Shown here piece after piece: positions 47,016-59,084 of a DNA stretch of 64,000 nucleotides. The stretch covers positions 27,776,001-27,840,000 of the forward strand of contig NC_083234.1 of the NCBI RefSeq assembly GCF_032191835.1, in the 5' to 3' direction. Below the pieces are notes generated by a model. It saw only the letters and a program-made list of their open reading frames with translations. It was not told the origin of the DNA and searched no databases. Source of the stretch: Heteronotia binoei. Taxonomy: Eukaryota. The number at the start of each line of letters is the position of its first letter. Positions within the stretch are counted from its first letter, which is position 1. The position numbers were made by a program, and so were the translations under genes.

Positions 47016-50000
47016 GAATGACCATTGGTATTTACTGTGAAGGGTCCTTCTGAGGTCAGGAGGCCATCTCTGTGGGTTATTCCCATCCATCCTTCAGGGA
47101 GGCAGGAAATACTTTTTTCTACTTCCTATTGGCACCTTTGGAATGACTCGTCCTCCAGTTTTAGGACTCCGAAAGCAGTAACCATAATTCAAGTAATACT
47201 CTAATTGTTAAAGAAAACGTACTAAACAAGAGCATTAATGGCCACATAACAGTACCCGGTGAGATACAGGGTAGAAAGGCAAAAAGAAGAGAACAGCACA
47301 CAGAAACAGGAATGTCGATGATGGGAGGGCCGAGATGGCCTCCTGACCTCAGAGAAGGACCCTTCACGGTAAGTACCAATGGTCATTCTCCCTCTGAGCA
47401 GTGTCCCCTAGATGGGTGGGTCATCATAATCGGCTGTTATCACGGTGTGCTGCAAAACTCTTCTTCCAAATAATTTAGCTTGTAATGACAAACAAAAGTG
47501 GAAATGGAAAAACATGCAGTAGCTTTACAAGCTTCTTCTGCAAATGATCTATTGTAGGGCTGCGTTGGTGGATGAATTACACAAGGAATGTGCCATGATT
47601 CTGGTAGGTGTCTCCAGGCTAGAAGCCTTGTAGGCAGCATATCACAAGCCTTGAGAACTAAGCTAATGGAAGTCTTGGACATTCAACCTCCAGACCTGGA
47701 GGGTGATATGTTGCTGAAGCAGCTGTCTGTTTTCCTGATGGAGTCTGTCCTTGAAATGTAGATATTAAGCACTCTGTGGATATCCAGGGTATGCCACACA
47801 AATTCCTTGGGATGCTTGGACTGTAGGCAAAATGTGGGAAGATAGATCTCTTGTGATCTGTGAAAATTCAAAGAAACTTTAGGCAAAAAAATGTTGGATC
47901 AGCCCTGTGTGAAGGATGAAAGGCTTAATTTTACAGATAAGGCACTAATCTCCGAGACTCTGTGAGCTGAGGTTACAATTAAAAAGAGAGTCATCTTAAG
48001 TATCCACTACAGACCAACTTCCCTGAAAGGCTCAAAGGGAGACTTTGCAAGGCAGACGATACCGTAACCTCCAAATAGGATAGTGATATACTGGAGGAGG
48101 TGCCTAGAGCATAGCATTTTGCAGGAAAACACAGGACATGGTGTTTAGGCAGCTTGTATCCTTCATAAACAGGAAGCACTGTGGTAAGAGCAGCAATCTG
48201 ACTGTGGATAGTGGAGGACTTTAGACCTAATTGTCAGACCATCCTGGAGAAAAACATAGAACAGTGAAGGGTGCCAACAGTTCAATCTGGTTTTGTTTGC
48301 ACCATCTCACAAAAGGTGTCCAGATAGTGTTGTGAATGTGATTGGCTCTTGGATAGTGTCGGTTAGTCCAGAAGAGTAACCAGAAGAGTGTTTTGCACTC
48401 AATCTCCAGCAGGAAAACAAAGCCAGTCTTGCTGGAGGCACCAGATCAGGCTCTGATTAAGCATGTCTGGAGAGACTGGAATAGAGAGGAGGGCAGATCT
48501 CTGTAATCGCCAAGAGCCAAGGATGTCGAGCCCTATGACAGGCCACCAGTATGACCTTGGCCACCTGTTCCCAAATCCTGCAAATGGTCTTAGGAATGAG
48601 TAAAGCAGAGGGAAGCAAAGAGGAGTCCTGGGGCAGGAAGACATGAGAACGTCGATCACCTCCACCTTCATGCAGTAATACGCTGTGAAACAAGCGAGGA
48701 AGCTGATTCGTGCTTGACACAAACTGATTTAGAAAAGGACATCCTAGGTGTTGGCGAATGAGGTTGAAGATCTTAGGATGGAAGGACCATTCCCCTTCAC
48801 CAGTCCAGCCATGTGCTGTCCTCCCCTCGATGTACTCCACTCTGATGGGAGATTCCTCTTCCCAGGCAAAGATCCCCAAATCCACTCTGTGGAGCTGAGA
48901 TGACTGAGAGCCCCTTGCTACCGTAGTACAGATATGCCTTGGTAGCAATGATGTCCATCCTGATAAAGACAGGCTGATGGACCGGATCCAACCTGAAGTA
49001 ATTCAGAGCCAGCTGGATGACCTTGAGTTCTAGAAGTTGATGGGAAGACTGTTCTTCGAGAGTCCACTGACCCTGTAGCAGAACCTTGTTCAGGATAGCT
49101 CCCCAATGTTAGACCTGAGCGTAGAATACCTTGCCCTGTCAAAGACTGCTGACCTTCACCTGCCAGAGAAGACTGGATCTGATGGATACAGGAATCCAGA
49201 GATGAAAAATCCTCTTTCCCATGATGGACAACTGGTAGGAACGAAGGGAATGCTGCAGTGGTCTGGAATGAAGCCTGGCCCACCGGACTGTGTCTAAGCA
49301 GGAGATCAGCAGACAAATGAGTTTGTCCAGAAACAATAGGGATGAGAAGTTGTCATGGATTACCAGGATTACAGCAGCCTGGATCTTGCGCCTTTTCCTG
49401 TGGGAGGAAAAGGGAACTGCAGGATGTGTCAATGATGGTTCCCAGTTGAGACAGTTAAAGGGAACTCTTTGACTGGTTTACAATAAAACCATGTTCCTGT
49501 GAGCGGAGGGTGGACTAGGTGCCCCGAATGTATTTGGAGAGGCTGCTGGACCTGATGAGAAGGGCATCCAATTATGGATGGACATAAATCCCCTGGCGCC
49601 TGAGGTGGACTACAGGGTTTACCAGTATCTTGATACATGCCCTGGGGGCCTTGGAAAGTCCAAAAGCAAGTGTCCAGCATTGGGAACACTGGCCCTTCAC
49701 TGCAAATCTGAGAAATATTCTGTGAGCAGGATTAATGGGGATGTGTAAGTAGACATCAGTCAGGACTACTGAAGTCAAAAAATACCTGGGGTTGAAGAGC
49801 CTCTGTTATGGACCTCAAAGATTCCCTGAGCAAGCCCCGAAGCGTGACAAACTTGTTGAGAAAATTGAGATCCAAACTGGCCCTCCAATTGGTATTCCTC
49901 TCAGAAACCGTGAATAAAATGGAATATACTCCCCAATCCTACTCTGGAAGGGGAATGGGCTGCATAACCCAAATGTGACAAAATGTTGTATGGCCTGTTC

Positions 50001-52184
50001 AGTGATTACTCTTTGGATGTAGACCTTGGACACCAGAGACTGAATGAGTCGTTCCAATGGGTGATTGCGGATTTTAAGGTATAGTCATGAACAATGACAT
50101 CTAGGGTCCACAAGTCTTCTTGAGAATACCTCCAGACCAGAAGGAAGGTCGAAAACCTGACTCCCATTGGAAGGGTCATGCAGCCATGCTTGCATGGGAC
50201 TGGACTCACTTGCCTTTGGGGAGGGGGCACAGATCAAAACCTGGACAAGGAGTGCTAAGCAAAAAAGGAGTGATTTCCCCATCTATCAAAACGCCAGATG
50301 TACTGAGACACAGTGTGTTTCTAGTCATGTGTCTTCACCAGAAATCTACCAAGGCAGTCACCAAGAAGACTATCATTCTGGAATGGACAGGCCGATACTA
50401 TAGATTTGGGAAGCATGCCTGCAGGTCAAGCACTCAACCTCCTACCCACAGTGGTGGAAGTCATGGCCTTAGAAATGAACATTAAGCTGTCCAAGGTGAC
50501 ATCAGCAAGAAAGAAAGCAGCCTTCAGCCTGCTAGTGCCTTCAAGGAGGCAGTGATTGTTCTCTGACAAGACCTGGATAACCTTGCGGACCCTAACAATT
50601 GTTGCTCTGGATGTGATGGAGACTGTAGTGGAAGCTCTCACCATCCTCAGAAAGCAGACCAGTAGACTGCAATGCTGCCACGGGCCGTCAACTGGGGAGA
50701 CCTGTAATAACTCATCCGCATAATTAGACTGAGCATAAAGCATATTAAAAAATGTGGAAACTGCCCATATGAGTCAGGTTTGCCCCATTCCACCCTGAGG
50801 TGACATTCAAATATTCAGCCACAGTATGAAAGGGAAAACTCATTAGTACTCATGGCCATAACCTTTCTACAAGAAGCCTTAAGCTCCCATGCATGTGGAA
50901 GGTAAGCTTGAAATGCAAGGGCTGCTATAGCCTTTGTTAAGAATGGCACCTTGGTTTCTTCCTCCTCCTCCTCTTTGATAAGGATTCCCCCTCCTCCCAG
51001 TCATCAGGCACAGAGTCAGAGAACCTAGGTTCTGCTCCAGGGCTTCTCCATCTCTTTGTATGGGTAACAGCCTACCTGGGTGCCTTAGAGGCCCAGGGCA
51101 GGAGGAGCTGATAAGTTTGAGGAGGTTGATCCGAGTCCTGTGACACAACTGCCATCTTAAGGCAGAAAGAAGCCATCCCCCCTTGCATGTTTCTGCAGAA
51201 GGTTCACATCACCCCAATGCGGAATAAAGAAACTCCCAGAATTGGGTACTATACCACTGAGGAAGGTGGCTCTGTGAGGATCCTGCTCCATCTGGTATGC
51301 TGAACAGACACCTCTGTCACTGTCAGCCATTGCCAGGGCCAGTTGATGTGGAGAGAATGGAGTAGTTGCAAACTCTGAACCTCCAAAATGGCCGCCACCA
51401 GCTACTGACAGCCCTGAAGGACTGGCATGCTGTACCAGCAAGCAGCGCTTCTTGGCCTGTAATTCGACTGCTGCCGCTGCTGACTGCTGAGCTCTGTTGA
51501 GATGGATAGCACAAACAAGCCATGAAGGCATGTTGGCCCCACCTGAAAGTAGATGGCACTTCTTGGCCTGTCACTTGGCCGCCAGTGTCGCTGACTGCTG
51601 GGCTCTGTCGCGACGGATGGCATGAACAAGCCACGAAGGCATGTCAGCCCCGCCTAAAAGGTATGCAGCAATCACAGCTGCAGACACCTCTGACTCCTTG
51701 TCAGTCAGAAAAGCCTCTGAGTGTTCTGCCTTCACCATTTGATGAGAGAAAAAATATTATGCAGGAGCACTTCAAAGTGCAAAAAAGTATCGATTCCCTG
51801 TAGGCCTCTGAAGAGAGAGGGGGAGGGAGGCAGAGGAGAAAAGTGGTAAGATATAGAAAGGAAACACAGAACATGGAGGAACTTCTCCTGTGAGGAAGAA
51901 TGCAGCAGATTTTATTTGTTAGTCTTCACCAAAATGAGTTAGAATATAAGGCAGAACAGTGAAGGAAGTATATAAAGGTAGTTATGAGGAAAAATATGTA
52001 AGAAAAATCTAGAGTCAGATAAAGGCAAGGCCTGATCTAAGCTGCTCTCCCTGTAGAGGCAGGAAAAGAACTGAAGGGCGGGTCATTCCGAAGGCGCCAA
52101 CAGGAAGTAGAAAAAGTATTTCCTGCCTCCCTGAAGGATGGATGGGAATAACCCACTGAGATGGCCTCCACCTCAGAGGGAGAA
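47016..52184 (-). mobile_element. DIRS1-type tyrosine-recombinase retrotransposon, full length, ORFs decayed
   Basis: Inverted terminal repeats (about 47045-47162 and 52066-52184), internal complementary region at 47332-47398. RT remnant YLHIPINPAHRIFLRFAV...LAFGLSKAPR...YVHP*LDA, RNase H and methyltransferase-like remnants, recombinase remnant ACKATACFSISTFVCHYKL. Confidence 0.9.
51444..51660. repeat. Two diverged tandem units of about 105 bp in the DIRS1 5' region
   Basis: cttcttggcctgt...gctgactgctg...aacaagcca-gaaggcatgt repeats twice. Confidence 0.75.
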
Positions 52185-52653
52185 CAGGATATTCACCAAG
52201 TAAGCCCCAAGGGAATAGGTATTCCACAGGCAAGGCACTGCCACTGAAAAAGCCCTGTCTCTAACGGCTACTTGCCAAACCTCTGTGGTTGGTGGTGGGA
52301 GGCAAAAAAGCAGGACTTCTGAAAAGAATCTCAAATGGCATGCTGGACAGTAGAGCAGGAGGCCATCTTTCAAGTGCTTTGGCCCCAACCACAGGTATGG
52401 TACCGCTAAACAAGGACTATAGTACCTTTCCTAAAGATAACACTAGGTCTTTGCCTGAAGGTTAACATAGCATAGCAAGCCATCAAACAACTGCTGCTAT
52501 GACTTTTGAACAGAAAACTGTATTGAGTATTGTTGATAATGAAACACAGCAATACCCTCATGCAGCTAAGACAGAGGAAGCCACAAATGAGCCATGCCTT
52601 TCTGGGGAAAGGTGTTGGTGAGAACACGTTCACATCATTTGACAGTTTATTAC

Positions 52654-52815
52654 CTTCCACCTGCACCATTTTTTCCATAACAATATTGAAGTCCTGGCAA
52701 ACCATCACCTTTACATTGGCACCGGGTTCTCCATAGCCCCATAAAACTGCAGAAGCTGGAGCCTTCTGCAATACCATGTGGTCAGCAAAATAGGAGGCAA
52801 AGCGAAGTTCAGCAC
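52654..52815 (-). CDS. SIAE: SIAE coding exon 2
   Basis: tccag|GT; GAELRFASYFADHMVLQKAPASAVLWGYGEPGANVKV...VQVE; G|gtaata; 162 nt. Confidence 0.96.
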
Positions 52816-53067
52816 CTGGAACACATGAAACGTCAGAACATTTCTGTTAGTGACTGCGGCCTCTTTGAAATCCTCCTGCCACATATTGGCTGTGGTGAAG
52901 CCACCCCAACATTAGACCTTTTTCACTGCAAAAATATCTACCAATTACTTAGGAAGTATGACACAGAGAAAAGGAACAAACATTTGGATATTTCAGTTTG
53001 GTTTATACTTACATTAAAAAAACCCCTCAAGAAAACCAGACCACGTACCAGCTTTCATTGGCACACA

Positions 53068-53123
53068 CATATATACCCACTCTAAAGGGAAAGTCATATA
53101 TACCCACCCTAAAGGAAAAGTCA
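53068..53123. repeat. Local tandem duplication, period 27
   Basis: catatatacccactctaaagggaaagt followed by catatatacccaccctaaaggaaaagt. Confidence 0.85.
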
Positions 53124-54785
53124 ACTAAACAATTATGATTTGACACAAAAAGAAAAATCTATATATTTTATAATGAATGAGTGAAATGTGAATGTTGAGA
53201 AGTGCATGTTAACACTGGTAATTTGGCAAATATAAAAAAATAAATACTTATTTCCCTCATTTGTTGACAAACCCTAACGGATATTTATAATCCAGTTTAG
53301 GTGAGCGTCAACAGTCATCATTCTGTTTCTGGGGTATCAGAAATCTGCAAAAAGTGATCTGAGTGATCTCAGATTCTCAACATTAATACGTGAATAGCAA
53401 CATTCATCACATTTTGAAAAGGTACTGCTGGATCAACATTCCTTTGTTAGGCTGATATTCCAGCAGATGCCTTCTCAATGTGAGCTATTACAGTTTGAAC
53501 TCCTGCTGTCATTCTCATTCAAGGATCCATCACAGCTTGGGAGAAGGTGTCACCCCTACAGCTCAAGAAAGAGGACAGATATGCAATTGGGCAGGAGTCA
53601 GAAACATGGAAGAAACAGAGACTCAGCTGAGAACTGGCTGCTGCTATTTGTTATTTATGGATGTAAAAATATCAGAAGCTCCATCTACAGTGTTCCCACA
53701 GACCACACAACTGGTCATTTGCACCCAATGGGGGATATGGACTTGTATTTTTTGAACAGCAGCCCACAAGACACATGACAAACCACTTGAAACTAAAGGG
53801 AGTTTCAAAAGTAGTTAGCAATTTGGCATGGAGATCAGAGGAAGGCGGGGGGGGATGAAAACTCACACTAGGCATGATAAAGACCTAATGTAAGACTCTG
53901 GATAACAGTACACAAATCTACAGCGGGTTTTATTTTTTAATTAAGGTATTTAACCTTACCACCTAAAACACCACATGAAATTTCTTTTGCATAAGCAAGT
54001 GTCACTGATAGCCTTTTTAAACTCACAAAAATCCAGGGAATATAAACTGTCTATCAGTCACTGCTACAAGTTTTTCCTCCTGCCAAAATCTGTAAAGGAT
54101 TATATTCCAAAAAGGTACATTTAGCTGAATGGAGTTAAATGTTAAAACTAAGTAGATATTCATTCAAATAAACTAAAACTTGTAAACTTTTTTTTTGCAT
54201 AAACAAGTGATTTAACACATTGCACAGCAATGCTTTCCAAAAACCCCCATTGCCTAAGGAACATTTAAAGGGATAAAATAATAATGAATTTACATAAGAG
54301 ACTGCATGAACAATCAAGGCACACTAACTAAGTAGTATATACAGACACATTATAAAAACAGCATCACAATTCTGAAGCAAACATTCTTTATTATGTCAAC
54401 ATAAGAGCAACAAAGAATATTAAAATGTTCCCTAGCACAACTCAATTAAAATGAAACTGCCATCTTTTTATGGGACCTGGCCTCATGCACTGAACATTAC
54501 CTTGATACTGAGTAGGTAAAACTTCTCCTGTTGCAATAAAGGTTGAGAAAAACTTCACACACTACATATCAATATGTTAGGCTACTGCTAAAATTCCAAG
54601 AGAATTGCCAATAGAAAAAGGTAACACGCCCACTTCCTGAGCCACATTAATGCAACATCTGCGCATGCCCCATAAAGGAAAAGAGCATTACAAATATTTG
54701 CAGGTGTTATGAAATTTTATTTTCCCTCTTCTCTGCTACTGCTATGCAGAAACATATATATCCACAGCTACATAAAACAAAGTAT

Positions 54786-54990
54786 GAGTTCAGTGGCATC
54801 TTTAAGACCAACAAAATTTAATTCTGGTTATAAGCTTTCGTGTACATGTACACTGGTATCCGAAGAAGTGTGCATGCACGCAAGAGCTTATACCCAGAAC
54901 TAAACTTTGTTGGTCTTAAAAATGCCAGTGGACTCAAAACTTTGTTCTATTGCCTCAGACCAACATGGCTCCACACATGAATCACAGCTG
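54786..54990. mobile_element. Penelope-like element terminal repeat with an inverted truncated copy
   Basis: Arms 54786-54853 and 54868-54935 are reverse complements. Confidence 0.7.
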
Positions 54991-56059
54991 AAGTTAAGGA
55001 AGGTTAAATATTTTCCTCAGCATTTACTCCACTCAAGTACAAAGTCTAAAGGGGCAATTTTAAATAGAGTGTTCCCTCCAGCACGAATATTTTGCACATA
55101 TTTATTTAGGAAAGTCCCACACTAATGAACAGATTTTACTTCAGAATAAGTATTGCACCACTATTATTAAACTGTGGATTTTTAAAAAACCCTACTGATC
55201 TCAATAACACATCTTTAACAGTACCAGTATTTCACTACGATCATTAACAATTCAATCACCAATCACTTTAGCTGCCCCAAACTGTTTTTCTAAGGGAAAG
55301 AAAATCTTCAGCATGTCCAAAATCTAGATTATTTCCTCATATAAAATAATAGCAATGAGTTCTTTCTGACTTCTGCAATGTAAATACAGGCAGACATAAG
55401 AGCCCACAAAGAAGACGACAAGACATTTCAATGTTTTTTAGAAATCCCAAACAACATGGGTATGTATCTCCACTAATGGCAGCAGTGCTTTTAACATTTA
55501 GTTTAATAACCATCTCTCCATTCTGTTTAAAGTCAGACCCTATTTTCCAGTCAGCTGAACAACTGAATTTACATGACAGGTATAAAAAATAAACAACAGA
55601 AAGGGAAAAAAGAGAGAGAGAAAAAAAGAGGGCAGAAAAGCCCTTTTACAAAATGGGGTGGGGAAAACCAGCTGCTGCAAAGCAAGTCAGATACTCATCA
55701 GAACGCAAAACAAAGGAAAAGAGAAAGCAAAATTTATGGGAGAGAGAAATGGATTAAATAAAATTTGTACTAATTACTGAAGCTACAAAATTACAACTCT
55801 CGAATATCAATGAAAACCTTCTGCTATTCACAGAGAATGCTTCTCCAATCCAGTACCCAAGAAAACTGTGTTCCCATTTAATTTCTGTACCCCCCCTCTT
55901 CCCATCAGGGAGATTCAAGCAGCATGTACAAGAAAGCAAACATGAACCACAGGTTGCTATGCATTACGGAAGCAAACCATTCTGGAAGGTTTCCAGGTAA
56001 GTCTTCCTCTACTCGTATGCCCCTCAGGAAATAATTTATGCAATGCACCCCCCACTCAC

Positions 56060-56108
56060 CTGCCATTAAAGCCCACGTGAACATAAACAACAGACAAACC
56101 GCCATCAT
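56060..56108 (-). CDS. SIAE: SIAE coding exon 1 (signal peptide); the whole exon is 56060-56112
   Basis: ATG ATG GCG...: MMAVCLLFMFTWALMA G|gtgagt, phase 1, in frame with the 52815 exon. Preceded by a strong acceptor ttcctgttctcag|AGAG. The spliced CDS is 1539 nt = 512 aa. Confidence 0.8.
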
Positions 56109-56973
56109 CTCTCTGAGAACAGGAAGATCCAAGGACAGGAAGTAAAATGAAACTAAGAAGCAGCATCATACATAGACAAGCTTCCTTATGACTGGTCAAG
56201 ACCTGGAGGAAAGGTGTAGTTTAAAAATGCTTATCATATGTTTCAAGTGTATTTTAAAGAAATGCCCTCAACCTCTAAGGTGTTTTGCTGTTATGCATCT
56301 TGTGACAAAAGTTATTTCCTAAGGGGCTGCGTCTGTGAAAGCACTGCAACTGTTTCTTTAGGATATGCCTTGCTAATTTTTTTCAGTGATTTACCAGACT
56401 TGTTATACTTGTCAAATTTACTTCTGAGTAAACATACACACAGGATGACATTGTAAATTGGGACTGGAGTCCAATGGCTCCTCAAACAAGAGCAACATTT
56501 ATTTCAGCATAAACTTTCTTGAATAGAGCTCACTTCATCAGATATACAAAGAACACATCAATTATGTGCATCTGTATATATACTAAAAACTGCAAATATG
56601 AAGTGAGGTTTATGTTGCAACAGGAGATGTTTTGAAAGATATAAGCATTAGAGCAATCACTGTAAACTGGGTTTCAGCTCCTTCACAGTCTTTAGAATCT
56701 AAATCCTTAAACCTTGCATGACCAATCTTTAGGGCATACCTGAGTAAATACATAGATATGAATACAAAGACAAAGCCTGCCCTTAGACACACCTCAGCTA
56801 ATAAGATATATTTTGAGCTGCTGAAATGAAGTGTTAAGTGTTAAGAACAGGATCTAAAAGATGCTCTCAATTCCCCCCTCTGTCATGGGGGCTCCTTTCC
56901 AATCACTCTCATAGGCTAACCCATCTGACACAGTACTTCTTAGGATAAAATAGGTGGGAGACTGATGCACAAA

Positions 56974-57247
56974 GAAGATTATGATGATACTGGATTTATA
57001 TCCTGTCCTCCACTCCGAAGAGTCTCAGAGCGGCTCACAATCTCCTTTACCTTCCTCCCCCACAGCAGACACCCTGTGAGGTGGGTGGGGCTGGAGAGGG
57101 CTCTCACAGCAGCTGCCCTTTCAAGGACAACCTCTGCCAGAGCTATGGCTGACCCAAGGCCATGCTAGCAGGTGCAAGTGGAGGAGTGGGGAATCAAACC
57201 CGGTTCTCCCAGATAAGAGTCCGCACCCTTAACCACTACACCAAACA
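56974..57247 (-). mobile_element. Squam3-like SINE, long subfamily
   Basis: Reverse complement of the 43760 copy. Confidence 0.88.
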
Positions 57248-57878
57248 GGGCAGCCTTCAATCAGGTGTAGGCTGGCTCACACAACTTATACTCCACCTTC
57301 TCCCCAACAGGGACCCAAAGCCACTTACATCATTTCCCTCTCCTCCATTTTAATTTCACAACAACCCTATGAGGTAGGTTAGGCAGAGAGTGTGTGACAA
57401 GCCCAGAGGTCACTCCATGGGGATCTGAATTTGGGTCTTCCAAATGTTTGTCCAAGATAATATGCAACTCCACAAAGCCTTTTCCTCTGCGAAGTTCTCC
57501 AGGAACTGCCTTAAATATCCACCTACGGCGCTATATAATATGACTGCCCCCACTCAAGGCTGGGATGTTGGCCTGAGGCCTAGTCCGTGATGTCACCGCG
57601 GCCCTTTATTACAGGCCAACCCAAACCAGCCGTTTTCTCGACCACTCCCTGTCAGAGAGTGAAGCCAATGGGCGCCAACAACCACCTGAAGGCCCCCCCG
57701 GCTCAAATCTAAGGACTTGGCTAGGCCGCCTCTTCCACCACCGCGAAGAAGCGTATCGAAAATAAACAGGCGAGACCCAGTAACGAGTAGAGTCGAGAAA
57801 ACGGGGCTCCTGGAGTGGCGGGACCTCCAGCCAATAGAGCGGGTTAAAAGGCAGATGTAGGCGGGGCCTTTAACTCAC

Positions 57879-57945
57879 CGGAAGAATTCCGAGGCAACGT
57901 TCCGAAAGGCGCCGGTTTTGCCCCTGCCCGCTTCCCGTCGCGTTC
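57879..57945 (-). other. SIAE: Putative first exon of SIAE (5' end unknown)
   Basis: Minus-strand donor TCCG|gtgagt inside the CpG island, upstream of an acceptor-bearing signal-peptide exon. Confidence 0.6.
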
Positions 57946-57947
57946 GA

Positions 57948-57961
57948 GTTGCCAAGGCAAC
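57948..57961. promoter_or_regulatory. RFX X-box
   Basis: GTTGCCAAGGCAAC matches the consensus GTNRCC-N(0-3)-RGYAAC. Confidence 0.75.
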
Positions 57962-57964
57962 TGA

Positions 57965-58055
57965 TAACCGTGGCACTCTAGTTGTGGGCAGGTCGGACTT
58001 TTTGACGTCTCCAGCATCCTCCCAGCCAAAGAATCGGGGAGTTCAGAAAAACGCG
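57965..58055 (+). other. SPA17: Putative non-coding first exon of SPA17 (5' end unknown)
   Basis: Donor GCG|gtgagc in the CpG island. The SPA17 ATG lies in a downstream exon that has its own acceptor. Confidence 0.55.
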
Positions 58056-58219
58056 GTGAGCGACTGGGGCGTACCTCTTCTTTGGCCCCTTAAGCCCCGG
58101 ATCCTTTTTTCATGATCGAGTTTTCAATCGTGGGATCCGGGGAAGACTGCTGAAGCTAGAATGCCGTTGAACGTGGGCAGAGTAACCCACAGGGAGGAGT
58201 AGCTACTGTGACTGGCTCC

Positions 58220-58508
58220 AGAGCCAGTTTGGTTTAGTGGTTAAGTGTGCGGACTCTTATCTGGGAGAACCGGGTTTGATTCTCCACTCCTCCACTTACA
58301 GCTGCTGGAATGGTTTTGGGTCAGCCATAGCTGTCCTAGGAGCTGTCCTTGAAAGGACAGCTTCCGTGAGAGCTCTCTCAGCCCCACTCACCTCACAGGG
58401 TGTCTGTTGTGGGGGAAGAAAATATAGGAGATTGTAAGCTGCTCTGAGAGTCTTTGATTCACATAGAAGGGCGGGGTGTAAATCTATTCTATGGTCTTCC
58501 TCTTCTTC
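58220..58508 (+). mobile_element. Squam3-like SINE, long subfamily
   Basis: Full head, core and CT-rich tail. Confidence 0.88.
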
Positions 58509-59084
58509 CACATTTGGAAGGAGGGGCGGGGCTTCTCTGCTTAGAAATCGTAGAAATTTCCAAACTGGTTTACATATGAAGCAGAATAAGGTGGTATTCT
58601 GGCTTGGAAAAAAGTAGGTGAGGAATTGCATTTTTAAATGTTCCCTACATTTAAGGTGTGTGTGGGGGGGAATCTCTGCAATTAGAAAACTAGTTCAGCT
58701 AGGAGTGAACCTTTTCCTCATTGGGGCTAGTTTTTTACTTGTGGAGAGTCTCTTATGTAGGAAAGCATTCCAAGATAACATATCTCACCTTGAAGAGGTA
58801 TGCTCTCCACCATTCTGCCTGCTTAGGATTCTGCCACAGCCTACTGCATGTGTGAACTAAGCAGTGGCATAAGTTTTTGTGTGCATTAGCACTAAATTTG
58901 CCTATGGATGATGAGTGTTTTTCTTGAATGTGTTGTGTTGCATGTGACTTCTAGCAAGCCATAAAGAACGTTTCTTGTATGTTCTCATCACAACCGGTAT
59001 GTTGACTGTACCGGTAATAGCATTTGTCAATGATTGTAAACCATTCCACACAGTCCTCCTGGATACAGGTAATGAGATCTAGAT

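Larger units (their letters stand above)
57500..58200. promoter_or_regulatory. CpG island, SIAE/SPA17 bidirectional promoter
   Basis: CpG-rich. CCAAT at about 57665 and 57831, ETS-like ccggaag near 57878, X-box at 57948, TGACGTC at 58003-58009. Confidence 0.85.

Noticed and set aside
48399-51803. Many overlapping short ORFs as a possible operon-like system
   Set aside because: They are frameshifted pieces and antisense shadows of the DIRS1 gag, pol and recombinase ORFs.
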